Shown: positions 7,278-18,778, counted from the stretch's first letter. The stretch is DNA of 64,000 nucleotides from an uncultured Coxiellaceae bacterium (GCA_964623075.1 CAZUVD010000006.1:333-64332); one strand, 5' to 3'. Notes: generated by a model from the letters alone, not told the origin. Made by a program: numbers and translations.

Positions 7278-9371
7278 ATGAATCTCCAATTCAATACCCT
7301 CGTTTACAATCAAACGTATAACGAGTGGGAAATTGATGAGGCAGATTTCCAGAACATTACCAATACGTTTCCGAACTGGACTCTTGGAGAAGGTGGGGCA
7401 CAGGATGGTGTAATTACCGTTCCATGTTGGAATCCTGTAGCACTTTTTCCACTAAATCCTCTCTACGGACATGTCATTGCTGATTTCGTGGAGTTTGCTT
7501 TAACAAATCCAGAAGCCCCAGTAAATGAGGCTGTTTGGGCACTGACCGGCAATGAGGTAACTCTTGTTGGTCGGTTCGGCAATTATGACGGTGCATTTCT
7601 TGCACTGCCACCAGAACTGGTCTGATATAGCCACCCGAATGTATAGCCTTTAAAATAAGGACTTTTGGGAAAGTAAAGTATATCCGACGCCCGGTCGTAA
7701 GATCAAAATCCGGCGGCAAGCTATTGCCGATAGTGCGACAAGTGACCACAAATAGCACCACCGGGATATAACAACAGTTTGCAAACTGTGGGTTAGATTC
7801 TTTGCAGAGTAAGTTGCAACGAAATGCAAAGAATTAGGAGTTCGAATCTCTTTATCTCGTCTATGGATATGAAAGAAGAAATTGAGGTGCCAGCCGAATT
7901 CGTTGAATTCGCTAAGGTTTGGCACGATGGACAATGGAGTAGTCTTTATTCGGTCGCTTCTACTGGCCGAATCAGGATGAGTGATATGTTCAATCTTTAC
8001 AGTGAAATTGAACCTGCTGCTGTGTATGATGCCATTGGTGAATCCAGTGGAGTCGAGTATGCAGACTTTGAAACGTCGAATCGTTTCGTCCTTTGGTCCG
8101 ATCTTTATCTCACCGATGAGTGGTGGGAAGAAAAGGAAAAGTCATGAACTTCTTCAATGAAATGGCAGTAGATGAGTATTCTGCCATGAAGCGTCATCTG
8201 GATCGTTTGAAGTTTGTCTTTGGACCGACCTCACCCGAATATGTCAACGCTAAGGAAAGCTTTGATCATGTTCAGGAATTTCTGGACAACAACGAGGGAG
8301 TCATTTACCGTGACGGTGATTTGTCTCTCTTGTTTGTTACCTGGATTACTTGTGGTATCATTTGGTTTCGTGATAAGAACCCCAAGTATGATGGAATGTA
8401 TTGCGAACCTGGAACTTGGAGTATCCATTCATGAACCATAACTCGGCAGTTCTAATTCGTGAGTTTGAAGAGGATACGCTTCCTCGTAAGAAGAAGCGTA
8501 AGAACACTGTGAATCCTCTTCTTTGTTCTAGTCTGGACAATATTGGTAGGCATGTTCCTACCGATGATGGTTCGGCATGTAAGTATTGTGGTGAAACAAT
8601 GATTGGAATGAGGGTTGTATCATGAGTGAGCGAGCAAGAATTACTGGAGCAGCTTTTAATCTTCCTGATGACTTCGTGGAAGATACTGAAGCTCTTACCG
8701 TTACCCATAATTACTCGAATAAGCCAGATCATTACTCGTTGAGTATTGGCAACCATGAAATGTGGATTCGTGGTAGCAAGGAATCACTTACGAATCTTGT
8801 TGATTCGCTGGTCTATCGTATCAACCATCTTCCCGGTGATTGATATGACCACAAAGTGTAAGCATCGTAAGAAGTCATACAACGATTCTGTCTTTGCTAT
8901 GGCTAAGTCACTAGAAACTTTGAGAAGGAAGAAGGTCCAGTAACCTCACCTTCTCAAAGTGACAGCCGTAGTTACAATCAGTTTTATCGTTACGTACTTT
9001 GTACTCCTTGAAATGAGGAAAGGTAGAAAGAAGCCATGAAGGCACCAGTTGGTTGTAATGCTCGAAATCAGGAGCCTCATCTCCATAATGTTTCTGATAA
9101 GGCAAATGCCATCGGATATACCTCTGATGGATGGTTGAATGAATACACGCTGATGTGTGGATACCAGGAGTATTTGGAAGTTTACAAGACTTCCTTTAGG
9201 CTCTACTCTGAGCATGGGGCTACCCATGTTATTATCTTCGATGATTCTCGTGACTGGCCCGAAGCCCGTATCTGGGAAACATTCGATGATCTTAACAAGG
9301 CACGGGAATTCTATGCTACTAATGTAGGAAGGGTGCGTGCTGAAAATGGCGCTCTCCAGCCTGCTCAATAA
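7278..9371 (+). CDS. Run of small hypothetical proteins (7278-7625, ~7862-8147, ~8144-8434, ~8431-8625, 8622-8843, 9036-9371)
   Basis: Consecutive plus-strand ORFs with RBSs and ATGA overlaps. Confidence 0.65.
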
Positions 9372-9481
9372 GCATACAGATGCACAAATTCGCCGTTTAG
9401 CTTGTGTCGAGAAGGTGGCGAGTAATCGTCAGTTCCATGAGCTAATTAATCAATGCCGTGAAGCGGTAAAGGAATGGGATA

Positions 9482-10201
9482 ATGTTCCAGAAGTTTGAAG
9501 TAGGAGGTTGCCTCCGAGATGAATTTAAGGGCATTCCTTCTAAGGATGTTGATTTCGCAGTAGAAGCTCCTAGCTTTGAAGATATGCGAGATGAGCTTGT
9601 CGAAGATGGTTTCGAAATCTTTGAAGAGCGCCCTGAGTTCTTTACTATCCGTGCAAAGGTTCCTAAGGGTAACCCTTTGGAGAACCGTACAAGGGTCGCT
9701 GACTTTGTTATGTGTCGTAAGGATGGTCCTAGTTCCGATGGTCGTAGACCTGATTTCGTGGAGCCTGGAACCATTTTGGACGACCTTGCACGTCGTGATT
9801 TTACTGTGAATGCTATTGCTCGCAATGCAATCACTGGTGAGATTATTGATCCCCATTGTGGAATTGATGATCTTGAAATAGGAATTCTCCGTTTCGTTGG
9901 TAATCCTGAGGATCGTATCCGTGAAGATGGATTGAGAACTCTCCGTGGTTTGCGTTTCTTTATCACAAAGAGTTTCTTCTTTGAGGCAGAGACTAGGAAG
10001 GCTTTGATGTCTCCCCTCGCTCTTGAAATGTTGCAGGACATTTCTGTTGAGCGAATTGTGGATGAAGTGACGAAGATGTTTAGTTGTGATACTCTCATGA
10101 CTCTTGATCTTCTCTGTCATCAGGTTCCTCGTGAGATGACGGAGTTTCTTTTCAGTTCTACTGGTATTCGTTTGAAGCCCAGTTTGAAAGAAGGTTGGTA
10201 A
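9482..10201 (+). CDS. cca: tRNA nucleotidyltransferase (CCA-adding enzyme, class II / poly(A) polymerase family)
   Basis: VGGCLRD, DVDF, DLARRDFTVNAIA and EDGLRxLRGLRF motifs; most tRNAs in the window lack an encoded CCA. Confidence 0.88.
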   Translation: MFQKFEVGGCLRDEFKGIPSKDVDFAVEAPSFEDMRDELVEDGFEIFEERPEFFTIRAKVPKGNPLENRTRVADFVMCRKDGPSSDGRRPDFVEPGTILDDLARRDFTVNAIARNAITGEIIDPHCGIDDLEIGILRFVGNPEDRIREDGLRTLRGLRFFITKSFFFEAETRKALMSPLALEMLQDISVERIVDEVTKMFSCDTLMTLDLLCHQVPREMTEFLFSSTGIRLKPSLKEGW

Positions 10202-10524
10202 TGACTAAGTTCATGATTGGTACCCTTGTTATTATTCTAGGGGTACTTGGTGGCATTCTCTACAGTCTCAATGAGGTTGTCGAGGATAATAGCCGTGCAA
10301 CTTCTGCGAAGGTTGAAGCTGCACTTGGTACGTCAACTCAGTGTCTGAATATCCAACCAGAGAATGATTCTTTGACAGATATGTTTTCTGATGGTCATAC
10401 TATTGACTATCGGGAAGATGTCTGGTATATTGATGATATTCCTGTTGGATATGCTGTTGCAGAGGATGAGCATTTCGCTCTCTGTGCAGATACTGAACTG
10501 ATGAACGAGTGGTTCGGAAACTAA
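10195..10524 (+). CDS. Membrane-anchored hypothetical protein
   Basis: N-terminal hydrophobic helix. Confidence 0.65.
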   Translation: MVMTKFMIGTLVIILGVLGGILYSLNEVVEDNSRATSAKVEAALGTSTQCLNIQPENDSLTDMFSDGHTIDYREDVWYIDDIPVGYAVAEDEHFALCADTELMNEWFGN

Positions 10525-10672
10525 CGTAACCAGCCTGATGTAGAGCAGTTATATCTCATGTGAGATGAATAACAAATTACTAAAACTGACGAAGTTTTAA
10601 GTAATACTGCGGGGGTTCAGGATGAGATGGCAACTATCTTTGGTGGTGGAGATACCTAAAAAGTTGCAACAA

Positions 10673-10744
10673 GCCCCGTTCGTCTAATGGCTAAGACGCA
10701 GGTTTTTCACACCTGTAATCAGAGTTCAATTCTCTGACGGGGTA
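10673..10744 (+). tRNA. tRNA-Glu (TTC), CCA not encoded
   Basis: Acceptor gccccgt/acggggt; anticodon arm caggt-ttTTCac-acctg; T arm cagag-ttcaatt-ctctg. Confidence 0.92.
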
Positions 10745-10754
10745 CTCGTTAAGA

Positions 10755-11144
10755 ATGAAGGGAAATAAAGTGACCGTAAAGCCAATTCATGATGTTGATG
10801 AGTTTATTACCACTTTTAAGGTTGGTGACGAGTTTTCTGTCATTGACTCTTGGAAGGGTAATCCTCATGGCGTTACTACTCTGACCATCCTTGGATTCTT
10901 CACCTATGATAATCCAGAAAGTTCTCTGCATGGGAGCTGGAAGGCCAGGGTTCGTAACGAAGCCACTAACCATGAGTATGACACGTTCGTTGGCGATCTT
11001 GTTAATAACCTTCATGGTTGTTTCGCAGATCGAAGCGATGCTGACCAGGAACTTCTTAAGCGATTGATTGTCGCTGTGGGTGAGAAGTATAGTTGTAGTC
11101 TCTGCCCCAACACTTCGCCGTTTGATATCAGGAGAGAACAATGA
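10755..11144 (+). CDS. Hypothetical protein
   Basis: ORF coupled by ATGA to the HD gene. Confidence 0.65.
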   Translation: MKGNKVTVKPIHDVDEFITTFKVGDEFSVIDSWKGNPHGVTTLTILGFFTYDNPESSLHGSWKARVRNEATNHEYDTFVGDLVNNLHGCFADRSDADQELLKRLIVAVGEKYSCSLCPNTSPFDIRREQ

Positions 11145-11614
11145 AGTTCACAGACATTGCAATTCGTATTGCACTGGAAGCTCACGGTGGTACGATTAAT
11201 AAACATGATGGAGAGCTGTATATCCTCCATGTGCATCGTGTAGCATCTAATTTTAATCCCGTTACCGAACCTCTTAAGTATGCGACTGCATGGTTGCATG
11301 ATGTTGTTGAGGATACAGAGGTAACTCCTTGGGATATTGAAGGTGCTTTGTTTGGTGCAGAGGATCTTTCTGATCTTAGGAATGGTGCAGCAGGGTTTGT
11401 TCGTGCGGCAGTTGATCTACTTACAAAGGATGGTAGACTGTCGAATGATGAATACTACGAACAGTTGCGACCCAATCCTATTGCTCGTGCCGTGAAGATT
11501 GCTGATATCCATGATAACTTCGGTCGTAACCATCTTATCGAAGATGAGGAAACTCGTCTAAGGTTGGGTTTGAAGTATTCTAAGGGTATTGCTACTCTTT
11601 GTAGGCAGACCTAA
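11141..11614 (+). CDS. HD-domain hydrolase (SpoT/Mesh1-like small alarmone hydrolase family)
   Basis: AH...YILH, AWLHDVVEDT and VKIADIHDN motifs. Confidence 0.85.
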   Translation: MKFTDIAIRIALEAHGGTINKHDGELYILHVHRVASNFNPVTEPLKYATAWLHDVVEDTEVTPWDIEGALFGAEDLSDLRNGAAGFVRAAVDLLTKDGRLSNDEYYEQLRPNPIARAVKIADIHDNFGRNHLIEDEETRLRLGLKYSKGIATLCRQT

Positions 11615-11622
11615 AACAATTC

Positions 11623-11762
11623 TCCACTGACCCGGTGGATCTGACTGCGTTATAAGAATCAAACGTATGTTGGTATATACTGATAAGTAAACGAATGCAA
11701 CAATCCTAGGACTGTTAGTAGTTTACGAAACAGTGTTGGCAGAGTAATTAACTGCTGGGTAC
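11623..11762 (+). ncRNA. Unnamed structured RNA motif A, copy 2
   Basis: tccact-gaccc-ggtgga ... actgataa-gtaaac..gtttac-gaaacagt ... gggtac. Confidence 0.75.
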
Positions 11763-11843
11763 AAACATACTGGTGGTGGCCCCGTGTCTCCATAATGAGA
11801 GTGGATTAGGGACCACTGAAACTCTCGCCACCAGTACGTATAT

Positions 11844-11916
11844 GCGCCTCTAGCTCAATTGGTAGAGCAGCGGACTTTTAATCCGTTTGTTCTCGGTTCA
11901 AGTCCGAGGGGGCGCA
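11844..11916 (+). tRNA. tRNA-Lys (TTT)
   Basis: Canonical cloverleaf; anticodon arm gcgga-ctTTTaa-tccgt. Confidence 0.95.
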
Positions 11917-12126
11917 CTCGTTTAATTAAGGAGTAAAATAATGGATACAATTGTCAAGGCGTTTTTGGCCGCTGGTGAGTATTCTTCTGTCGAAGATTGG
12001 GCGAAGGATAGTGATTATCACCAGGATGGTGACGGTATTTGGCGCAGCGATGAAGGATGCGCTGTGGATATCGAAGGTTGTATCGAAGGTGCTATTGAGG
12101 CATCTGGCTTTAAGGAGTAAACTAAA

Positions 12127-12474
12127 ATGTGGGGTATGGATATATCCGGCCTGAGAACTCTTTCTGATTCAGAAGTTGAAGCATTTAGAGTTGCAGGTGC
12201 TATGACCGAACATCCTCATGAGTTTGTTTGGTTGGAGTTATTCAAGACTATCTTTCCTTTTCAGGATAAGATGAAAGTGAATAAAGAAACTGACAAGATG
12301 GAACGTGTTCCTCATTCTAAGACAAGTCTTACTAACCTTGCTAAGCAGGGTGCGTTGAAGTGGGGACCTGAATCTATTCCTGCTGATGAGTTGATGGACG
12401 CTGAGATTACTAATCAGGATTTCGTTGTCCTTTCTTGCGGTAAGAAGAAAAGGGAAATGGTCTTTTTCGTTTAA
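12127..12474 (+). CDS. Hypothetical protein
   Basis: AAGGAG RBS; ORF track. Confidence 0.7.
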   Translation: MWGMDISGLRTLSDSEVEAFRVAGAMTEHPHEFVWLELFKTIFPFQDKMKVNKETDKMERVPHSKTSLTNLAKQGALKWGPESIPADELMDAEITNQDFVVLSCGKKKREMVFFV

Positions 12475-12481
12475 TGGTTCT

Positions 12482-12563
12482 GGGGGTATGGCGTAATTGG
12501 CAGCCGCGCTTGACTTAAGATCAAGTGGAGAAATCCGTACGGGTTCGAATCCCGTTACCCCCA
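12482..12563 (+). tRNA. tRNA-Leu (TAA), long variable arm
   Basis: Acceptor gggggta/taccccc; anticodon arm cttga-ctTAAga-tcaag; T arm acggg-ttcgaat-cccgt. Confidence 0.95.
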
Positions 12564-12767
12564 CTAAAGGAGATATAATGCACGCTATTTCGAATGGTAA
12601 AAAGGTTGAATGGAATGGGACGCCGACAAAATGTCCTAGGTGGAATCCCTGTTACGTTCCTCGTGGAGCAATGTTCGTTAAGTTTCTGAATGGTAAGATT
12701 CAATCTTATCATTGGGATGACCACTATCATAAGCCCACTGATTTTATCGCTGACTACTAGGAGTGAA

Positions 12768-13853
12768 ATGAATCAACCATTACAAGACTGGTTCTCAGAA
12801 ACCTATCTTGATCATCACCGTAATGATGATTTGATCTACAATAACGCTGCGGAGGAACAGATCATGTTTGTTCGTGATGTTATTGATCGACTCCTGAATA
12901 GCCACCAGACATATGAGTTTCTTAAAACTCACCCGGTGGAAGTTATTGGGACACACATATCTAAGAGTTGTCCTCTCCCGGTCTATAGAATTAGGGTGTA
13001 TGTTCGGGATGATGATACGTCTAAGTATCTGGAAGTTATCATGAGGAATAACTTCTATGACTGGAAAGTGACTGTGAGAAGTCCTTTCGAGATTCATATT
13101 AATGCAAGAAATCTTTCCAAGCTTTTCAAGCCAGATGGTGTTATTCATGAGGTTTATTGCGAAGGCTTTCAAAGTGAAGATGTTCTAGGTGCTTATAGCG
13201 ATGATCAATCAGCTTTCACTTGTGAAATTCATAGCAAGTATGATCTTTATACTTTCTTCTGGTTGGTTGTCAACAACGCTTCATACAAAATCTAACTCAT
13301 AGGAGTGAAATGCCGTACAAGTTAGTCAAGAAGGGTTCAATCCTTACTGATGACAATGGCCGCAAGTATGAAGTCTATGACATTCGTAACATGGTTCATA
13401 CTATTGTCATTCCTAATCCAGAAGATGATGATTATGGCTCTCATGTTGGAGTAGATTTCTCTATGCAGGAAGCCCAGGACATGCTATGGAAGGAAAATGC
13501 TAATGCCTAAGTTGCGTACAGTTTCTGGTCATGGTTATACAGTTCGTGTCTTTATGAGGACTTTAGACGGTGGTGAGATTTACGACAATGTGAATATCTC
13601 CGCTAAGTCTCTTGAAGAGGCATACGAGATTGTTAATTTCGATCAGCCTATTCGTGCAGAGTTCTTTCTTCGCTTCCCTGATGCTATCAGTTTGGATATT
13701 GATGGTGGTTGGGTTAAGCCTTTACGGTGTTCTGATCATGATTGGCAGTGGATTACTTCTACTCATGATGAATGCCTGACTTGTGGTCGTCGCAGGTATG
13801 TCAACTTTATTAGGAAGATGTTCCGTTCCTTTCCTGAGAGAATTCTCAGGTAG
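12768..13853 (+). CDS. Three hypothetical proteins (12768-13295, 13310-13510, 13497-13853)
   Basis: AGGAG RBSs; ORF track. Confidence 0.65.
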
Positions 13854-13907
13854 GAACTCAGCAGGTTTCTGGCCCCAGGGTGGGAGCCACACCAACGGAG
13901 GAAATAA

Positions 13908-14594
13908 ATGAGTGCTTCTGAGAAGCAGGTTAACTTTATCAAGAACCTATACGCTGACATTACCAAATTTGCAGCAGAGACTGATGCAGAAACTGCACAA
14001 CAGGTTTCTGCTGAGATTGTTGATGTTAAGGACATTCTGGTTAAGGCTCTTGGAGATGAGGATATCTCCTTTGCTGACGCTAAGAAGGTTATCCCGATTC
14101 TTATCTCTGTGAAGGATAAGATTAAGCCTGCCAATGCCACCGAGATTCGTTGGAAGAAGGTTGGTAATGATTGGGCAATCTCTGGTGATGCCTCTGTAAT
14201 TATTGAGGGTGCCGAGGTTGAGGTTACTTCTAAGAAGGGAACCCAGACTGTTAAGATTGGGAAGATCCTTTCTACTGATGGAAACAAGACCCTTGCTCTT
14301 CCCTTTAAGGAAGATGTTTCTAATGTCACCCCTGGTTTCTACCATAAGGGTGATAAGATCATTGAAGCTTACTTCACTAAGAATGGCTTCCTTGTTGCTC
14401 GTGAGATTACTCGTGATGGAAAGCGTAATTACATTGGTAAGGCTGGTTTGACTGGTCTTGGTGAGAAGCTTTCTTTGGAAGAGGCTAAGGCATTCGGTCG
14501 TAAGACTGGCGTTTGTATTGCTTGTGGAGCTCTCCTTACTGATCCTGTTTCTATTGCTCTTGGAATGGGAAAAATCTGCGCCTCTAAATGGTAG
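13908..14594 (+). CDS. DUF6011-type Zn-finger protein
   Basis: C-terminal CIACGALLTDPVSIALGMGKIC motif; N-terminal ASEKQ..FI motif. Confidence 0.75.
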   Translation: MSASEKQVNFIKNLYADITKFAAETDAETAQQVSAEIVDVKDILVKALGDEDISFADAKKVIPILISVKDKIKPANATEIRWKKVGNDWAISGDASVIIEGAEVEVTSKKGTQTVKIGKILSTDGNKTLALPFKEDVSNVTPGFYHKGDKIIEAYFTKNGFLVAREITRDGKRNYIGKAGLTGLGEKLSLEEAKAFGRKTGVCIACGALLTDPVSIALGMGKICASKW

Positions 14595-14669
14595 CAAAGC
14601 GGTCCAATGGAAATAAATTGTGACGATATATACCACATAAGATACACTTTTATGGGAGGTATATTAGTC

Positions 14670-15449
14670 ATGAAAAATAGACTTTGCTCAGTAGATGGTT
14701 GCTCTGAAATACATAGGAGTAAAGGATTCTGTAGTCTACATTATCAGCGATCCCTAAAAGGGACCTATCTGGATAGTCCAAGAAAGCTACCAGCAAAGGG
14801 GCAAACTTGCTCAGTTGAAGACTGTTTTGAGAGTGTTCGTTGTAAGACTTTGTGTGATAAGCATTATGACAGAGCGATGAAAGTTGACGACTGTCCAATT
14901 TGTAATAAAAAGAAGCAAAAAAAAGCAACGCTCTGTTCTGATTGCTGGCTTACTGAAAGCCAGAAACACATTCCAACACACAAAACCTGCACAAGGTGTA
15001 AAGTGGAACAACCAGTTGAAAAATTTGGTTTAAGAAAGGCTAATAAAGGATCTACGAAATGGCGCTCTAGGTGTAGGACCTGTGAAGCTGAAGAGCAGAG
15101 AGAAAGATCTCTTTTAAAGAAGCTTAGTGGACAAAAGATATCCAAAAGTTTCGAAGATCCAGAACAATTATCAATAAAAGGTTTAAAAAAATACACTGAA
15201 TCTCTAAGACTTCCGTGGGATCTTGTAATAAACGAATATCCAGAAGATGGTAATTGTAAAATATGTGATTCAGGACCAGTTGGAAATGCTAATAGGTTAT
15301 CACTAGATCACGATCATGAAACTGGTAATTTTAGAGGGTTTTTGTGTGGCAATTGCAATACGGCCTTAGGTTTACTTAAGGATAATATTGAAATTTTAAA
15401 TAAATGTATTGAATATCTAAGCAAAAACCAAAATATTAAGCCAATATAA
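14670..15449 (+). CDS. Endonuclease VII-family homing-type endonuclease
   Basis: CxxC...LDHDHETGNFRGFLCGNCNTALG; N-terminal Cys repeats; locally AT-rich. Confidence 0.85.
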   Translation: MKNRLCSVDGCSEIHRSKGFCSLHYQRSLKGTYLDSPRKLPAKGQTCSVEDCFESVRCKTLCDKHYDRAMKVDDCPICNKKKQKKATLCSDCWLTESQKHIPTHKTCTRCKVEQPVEKFGLRKANKGSTKWRSRCRTCEAEEQRERSLLKKLSGQKISKSFEDPEQLSIKGLKKYTESLRLPWDLVINEYPEDGNCKICDSGPVGNANRLSLDHDHETGNFRGFLCGNCNTALGLLKDNIEILNKCIEYLSKNQNIKPI

Positions 15450-15483
15450 ATCGGCCCTATCTGTGCTGGAAAGTGGTGAATAA

Positions 15484-17037
15484 GTGAATGACCTACTGAA
15501 TCTCCTTGGTGATATCTCTAAGGAGGCTGAACCAAAGATTCTTGATGATGGCTTTATTGAGTTCTCATCTCGTGCAGAAACCGATTGGGTTCCTGAGTTG
15601 CTTCCTAAGGAGATTACTCTCCGTGGATACCAGATTGCAGCAGTCGAGACTATCGTGAAGTTTAAGCGTGGTATTCTTGGCTTTGCTCCTGGCATGGGAA
15701 AGACTCCTACTGCCCTCACTGCAATTGCGAATCTTGACGGTAAGACCGTTATTGTGATTCCTCCTTCTCTGACCTACGATCCTTGGGAAAAGGAAATCAA
15801 GAAGCTTTTCCCTCATCTTCGTTATGAAGTTCTGCGTGGTCAAACTCCTTCTGTTATTGACAACAATCTTGATGTTGTTGTGATCGGTGATTCCGTTGTG
15901 AATTACTGGAAGGGTGAGATTGCTAAGTGGAATCCTACGACTTTGGTTGTGGATGAGGCTCAGCGTCATAAGAATAAGTCCGCTAAGCGTGCAGAAGCTA
16001 CTTCTGAGATTGCAGAGGTTGTGCGTAAGAATAGCGGTGTTGTTATTCTTATGACTGGTACTCTTGCTACCAATGATGCCGAAGAAGTTTGGATGCCTTC
16101 ACAAATTGCTGGCATTGCTACTTCTATTGTCGGTTCTTCCTCGTACAATAAGTGGTGTAACCGCTGGTGCTTCATGGAAGATATGATGGTGGAGAAGCAC
16201 GTTAAGGATAAGGACGGCAAGAAGTCTAAGAAGTCTGTTTGGATTCGTGTTCCCAACGGTTGTAAAGATCCTGTTGGATTGCATGATGCTTTGCGTTCTA
16301 CTGGATACATTCGTATTGAGCGTGAAGATGTTCTCGACATGCCTGATAAGCTGTTTGTAGAGCACGCTATGATGCCGTCTAAGGCCGGTCTTAAGGAGTA
16401 CGGTGACATTCTGAACAACTTTACTGAATGGCTCCTGGTGAACGGTGGAAGCGCCGCAGTAGAGCGTGTGAGCGGTTCTGAGAAGCTTGTTCAGCTTGGT
16501 AAGTTGGTGGAGTATGCCGCACTTGCTAAGATTGAGTCCTCCGCAGAATACGTTGCAAATATGGTGGAGCAGGATGAGCAGATTGTTGTGATGGCTCACC
16601 ATAAGAGTGTTGTTGCAGCGTTTAAGGCTGAACTTGATAAGCTGAAGATTCGTTCAGTGACCTTTACTGGTTCTGATTCGCCTAATCAGAAGGCTACGAA
16701 CATTGACCGCTTTAAGAGTGGTGAGGTTCCTGTCCTGATTGGTAATATCAGTTCTGCTGGTACTGGACTGAACCTAGAGAACTCGGCTAATCTTGTTTTC
16801 ATTCAGCTTCCTTGGAGTCCTGCTGAGTTTGAGCAGGCTTCTGATAGAATCTACCGTGTTACGCAAACTCGTAACTGTACGATTCATACGCTTTACGCAG
16901 CTAATACTGTGGAAGAGCATGTTATGGAAGTTCTCAGCAAGAAGGCTGTTGTCACCGAAGGTATTAATGCCGGTGTTGATAATGGTCCTGACTACACTGA
17001 GTCCTTTGTTGATGAAGTGTTCGAAATGATGCTTTAA
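15484..17037 (+). CDS. SNF2/DEAD-like superfamily 2 helicase
   Basis: GMGKT, VVDEAQ, MTGT, GTGLNL and QASDRIYR motifs. Confidence 0.92.
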   Translation: MNDLLNLLGDISKEAEPKILDDGFIEFSSRAETDWVPELLPKEITLRGYQIAAVETIVKFKRGILGFAPGMGKTPTALTAIANLDGKTVIVIPPSLTYDPWEKEIKKLFPHLRYEVLRGQTPSVIDNNLDVVVIGDSVVNYWKGEIAKWNPTTLVVDEAQRHKNKSAKRAEATSEIAEVVRKNSGVVILMTGTLATNDAEEVWMPSQIAGIATSIVGSSSYNKWCNRWCFMEDMMVEKHVKDKDGKKSKKSVWIRVPNGCKDPVGLHDALRSTGYIRIEREDVLDMPDKLFVEHAMMPSKAGLKEYGDILNNFTEWLLVNGGSAAVERVSGSEKLVQLGKLVEYAALAKIESSAEYVANMVEQDEQIVVMAHHKSVVAAFKAELDKLKIRSVTFTGSDSPNQKATNIDRFKSGEVPVLIGNISSAGTGLNLENSANLVFIQLPWSPAEFEQASDRIYRVTQTRNCTIHTLYAANTVEEHVMEVLSKKAVVTEGINAGVDNGPDYTESFVDEVFEMML

Positions 17038-17045
17038 GGAGATCC

Positions 17046-17387
17046 ATGAATTTTACATATGCTATATGGGATGACGATTGGGAGGGAAACCTTGAATCGT
17101 ATTGGGATGATATTGATGAGCAGGCAAAAAAGCTTGATTATATCTATCCTGACTGGTTTAATCAAGTTGACCTTGATGTCATGGATATGGTTGATTCAAG
17201 CTCTTGTATCTTGGCTCAACTTTTCGGTGACTACTTTGACGCCGCAGAATTCTTCGATCTAGACACGGTTCCATTTGCCGGTGGAGATGTTTGGTGGTAC
17301 ACTCAGATTCTTAACAGAAGGAATAATCATGAAGTCTCGGAGTCCAGAGAAGATGTGGCGGATCAATCAGACCGCTCACACCTTTAA
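17046..17387 (+). CDS. Hypothetical protein, likely paralog of 18314-18778
   Basis: AKKLD..YPDW...D.......CILAQL pattern shared with 18314-18778. Confidence 0.65.
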   Translation: MNFTYAIWDDDWEGNLESYWDDIDEQAKKLDYIYPDWFNQVDLDVMDMVDSSSCILAQLFGDYFDAAEFFDLDTVPFAGGDVWWYTQILNRRNNHEVSESREDVADQSDRSHL

Positions 17388-17447
17388 GGATAAGCGTAAG
17401 GACGCCTCTAAGAAACTAGCTCGCGGAAGGAGTGTTAAGGTTAGATA

Positions 17448-17978
17448 ATGAAATGTATGGTTGATAATTGTGAAAGAAATGAATATGGGAAACTAAAGTA
17501 TTGTGAAAATCATTATCGTAGAATGTTACGAAATGGATCTTTAGAGCCTAAACGTAAATCAAATAAAAATCTAGAATCTTGGGAATGTAAAACTTGTGAA
17601 ATTCTCAAACCAAAATCCGAATATGGTATATGTGGAACAGCTAAGAATGGTAGCACATACCGATTTAATGAATGTAAAAAATGTAGATCTAATAGAAATC
17701 GTTTAGGCCCCGGCGATCGACGCCCTAGAACTTTGGCTAAATATGGTCTAACGATCGAAGACTACGATAGAATGCTGAGAGAACAGGAATTCATATGTCC
17801 TATTTGCAAAGTTGAACAAGATAAGGTTATGCATGTAGACCACGATCACTTAACTGGATCAGTTAGAGGATTGCTTTGTGAATCTTGTAATAAAGGACTT
17901 GGATTCTTTAAAGACTCTGTGGATAATTTAAGAAATGCAATTAAATATCTTGAAAAAGAAGGCTTGTCGAAAGGGTAA
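17448..17978 (+). CDS. Endonuclease VII-family endonuclease
   Basis: KYGLT..Y..M...Q...CPIC...HVDHDHLTGSVRGLLCESCNKGLG. Confidence 0.9.
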   Translation: MKCMVDNCERNEYGKLKYCENHYRRMLRNGSLEPKRKSNKNLESWECKTCEILKPKSEYGICGTAKNGSTYRFNECKKCRSNRNRLGPGDRRPRTLAKYGLTIEDYDRMLREQEFICPICKVEQDKVMHVDHDHLTGSVRGLLCESCNKGLGFFKDSVDNLRNAIKYLEKEGLSKG

Positions 17979-18313
17979 CTGGTAATGAGTGATTACGGAT
18001 GGTTAATTACAGAGGGTAGTCCCGACATCGGTTTAGATGTTGAGACTGGAACCAAGGGTCCACGAGATATTCTGGATTCTTTGGAAGCCCTTCTCGACGG
18101 TGGAGCCGGTGAATTTTTCCGCATGTATGACGACGATGGTGAGTGGTATTACACTGGTCGTATCGTTGGGGAATACGATGGTTTAGAGCCTCTGGATGAT
18201 TATGGTGAGCCAAATGCTGGCTGCACCGAGATTAGGTTCCGCTCCAATGGTGAGTGGGTAACAATCTAATTGTTTTTCCATAAAAAACAAATAGTCCGTT
18301 ATATTTAATAAGG

Positions 18314-18778
18314 ATGAACATGACTGTAGATGAAGTGACACCGGCAATTAGGAAGTTTACCAACGACGTGTTGAAGGTAAACGTGAAGAAGGGTGCAAAG
18401 TTTCTTGATGAGCATTGTCCTGGATGGGCAAATGCTATCAATGTTCGTAAGCTGAATCTTTCAGCCGCCATTCCTCTGAATGACGGAACGGCATGCGTCC
18501 TTTGCCAGCTTGATAACTATCTTTCAGAAGATGGTGAACGACTGCCGAAGGAGAAGTTGAGCGTTGATGAATTCGGCAGTTATAATGATGCTGTCGGAAT
18601 CATTCAGTATGAGGTTGATGATCAATTTGATGGTTGCGAGTATGGATTTGATTTGTCAAATCGGTACTATTATGAGTTTCCTCTCCCTGGCTTGACAGCC
18701 GCTAAGGAATATGCTATTCTTGACGAACTCTGGGAAGCAGAGATTGAAGAAAGGGTTAGTAATGGAAGCACCGTTTAA
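18314..18778 (+). CDS. Hypothetical protein, likely paralog of 17046-17387
   Basis: GAKFLD..CPGW...N...LNL....CVLCQL. Confidence 0.65.
   Translation: MNMTVDEVTPAIRKFTNDVLKVNVKKGAKFLDEHCPGWANAINVRKLNLSAAIPLNDGTACVLCQLDNYLSEDGERLPKEKLSVDEFGSYNDAVGIIQYEVDDQFDGCEYGFDLSNRYYYEFPLPGLTAAKEYAILDELWEAEIEERVSNGSTV

Noticed and set aside
9442-16602. Long minus-strand ORFs (e.g. 9442-10098, 9446-10120, 13947-14636, 16099-16602)
   Set aside because: They are antisense shadows of well-supported plus-strand genes, with no recognisable motifs
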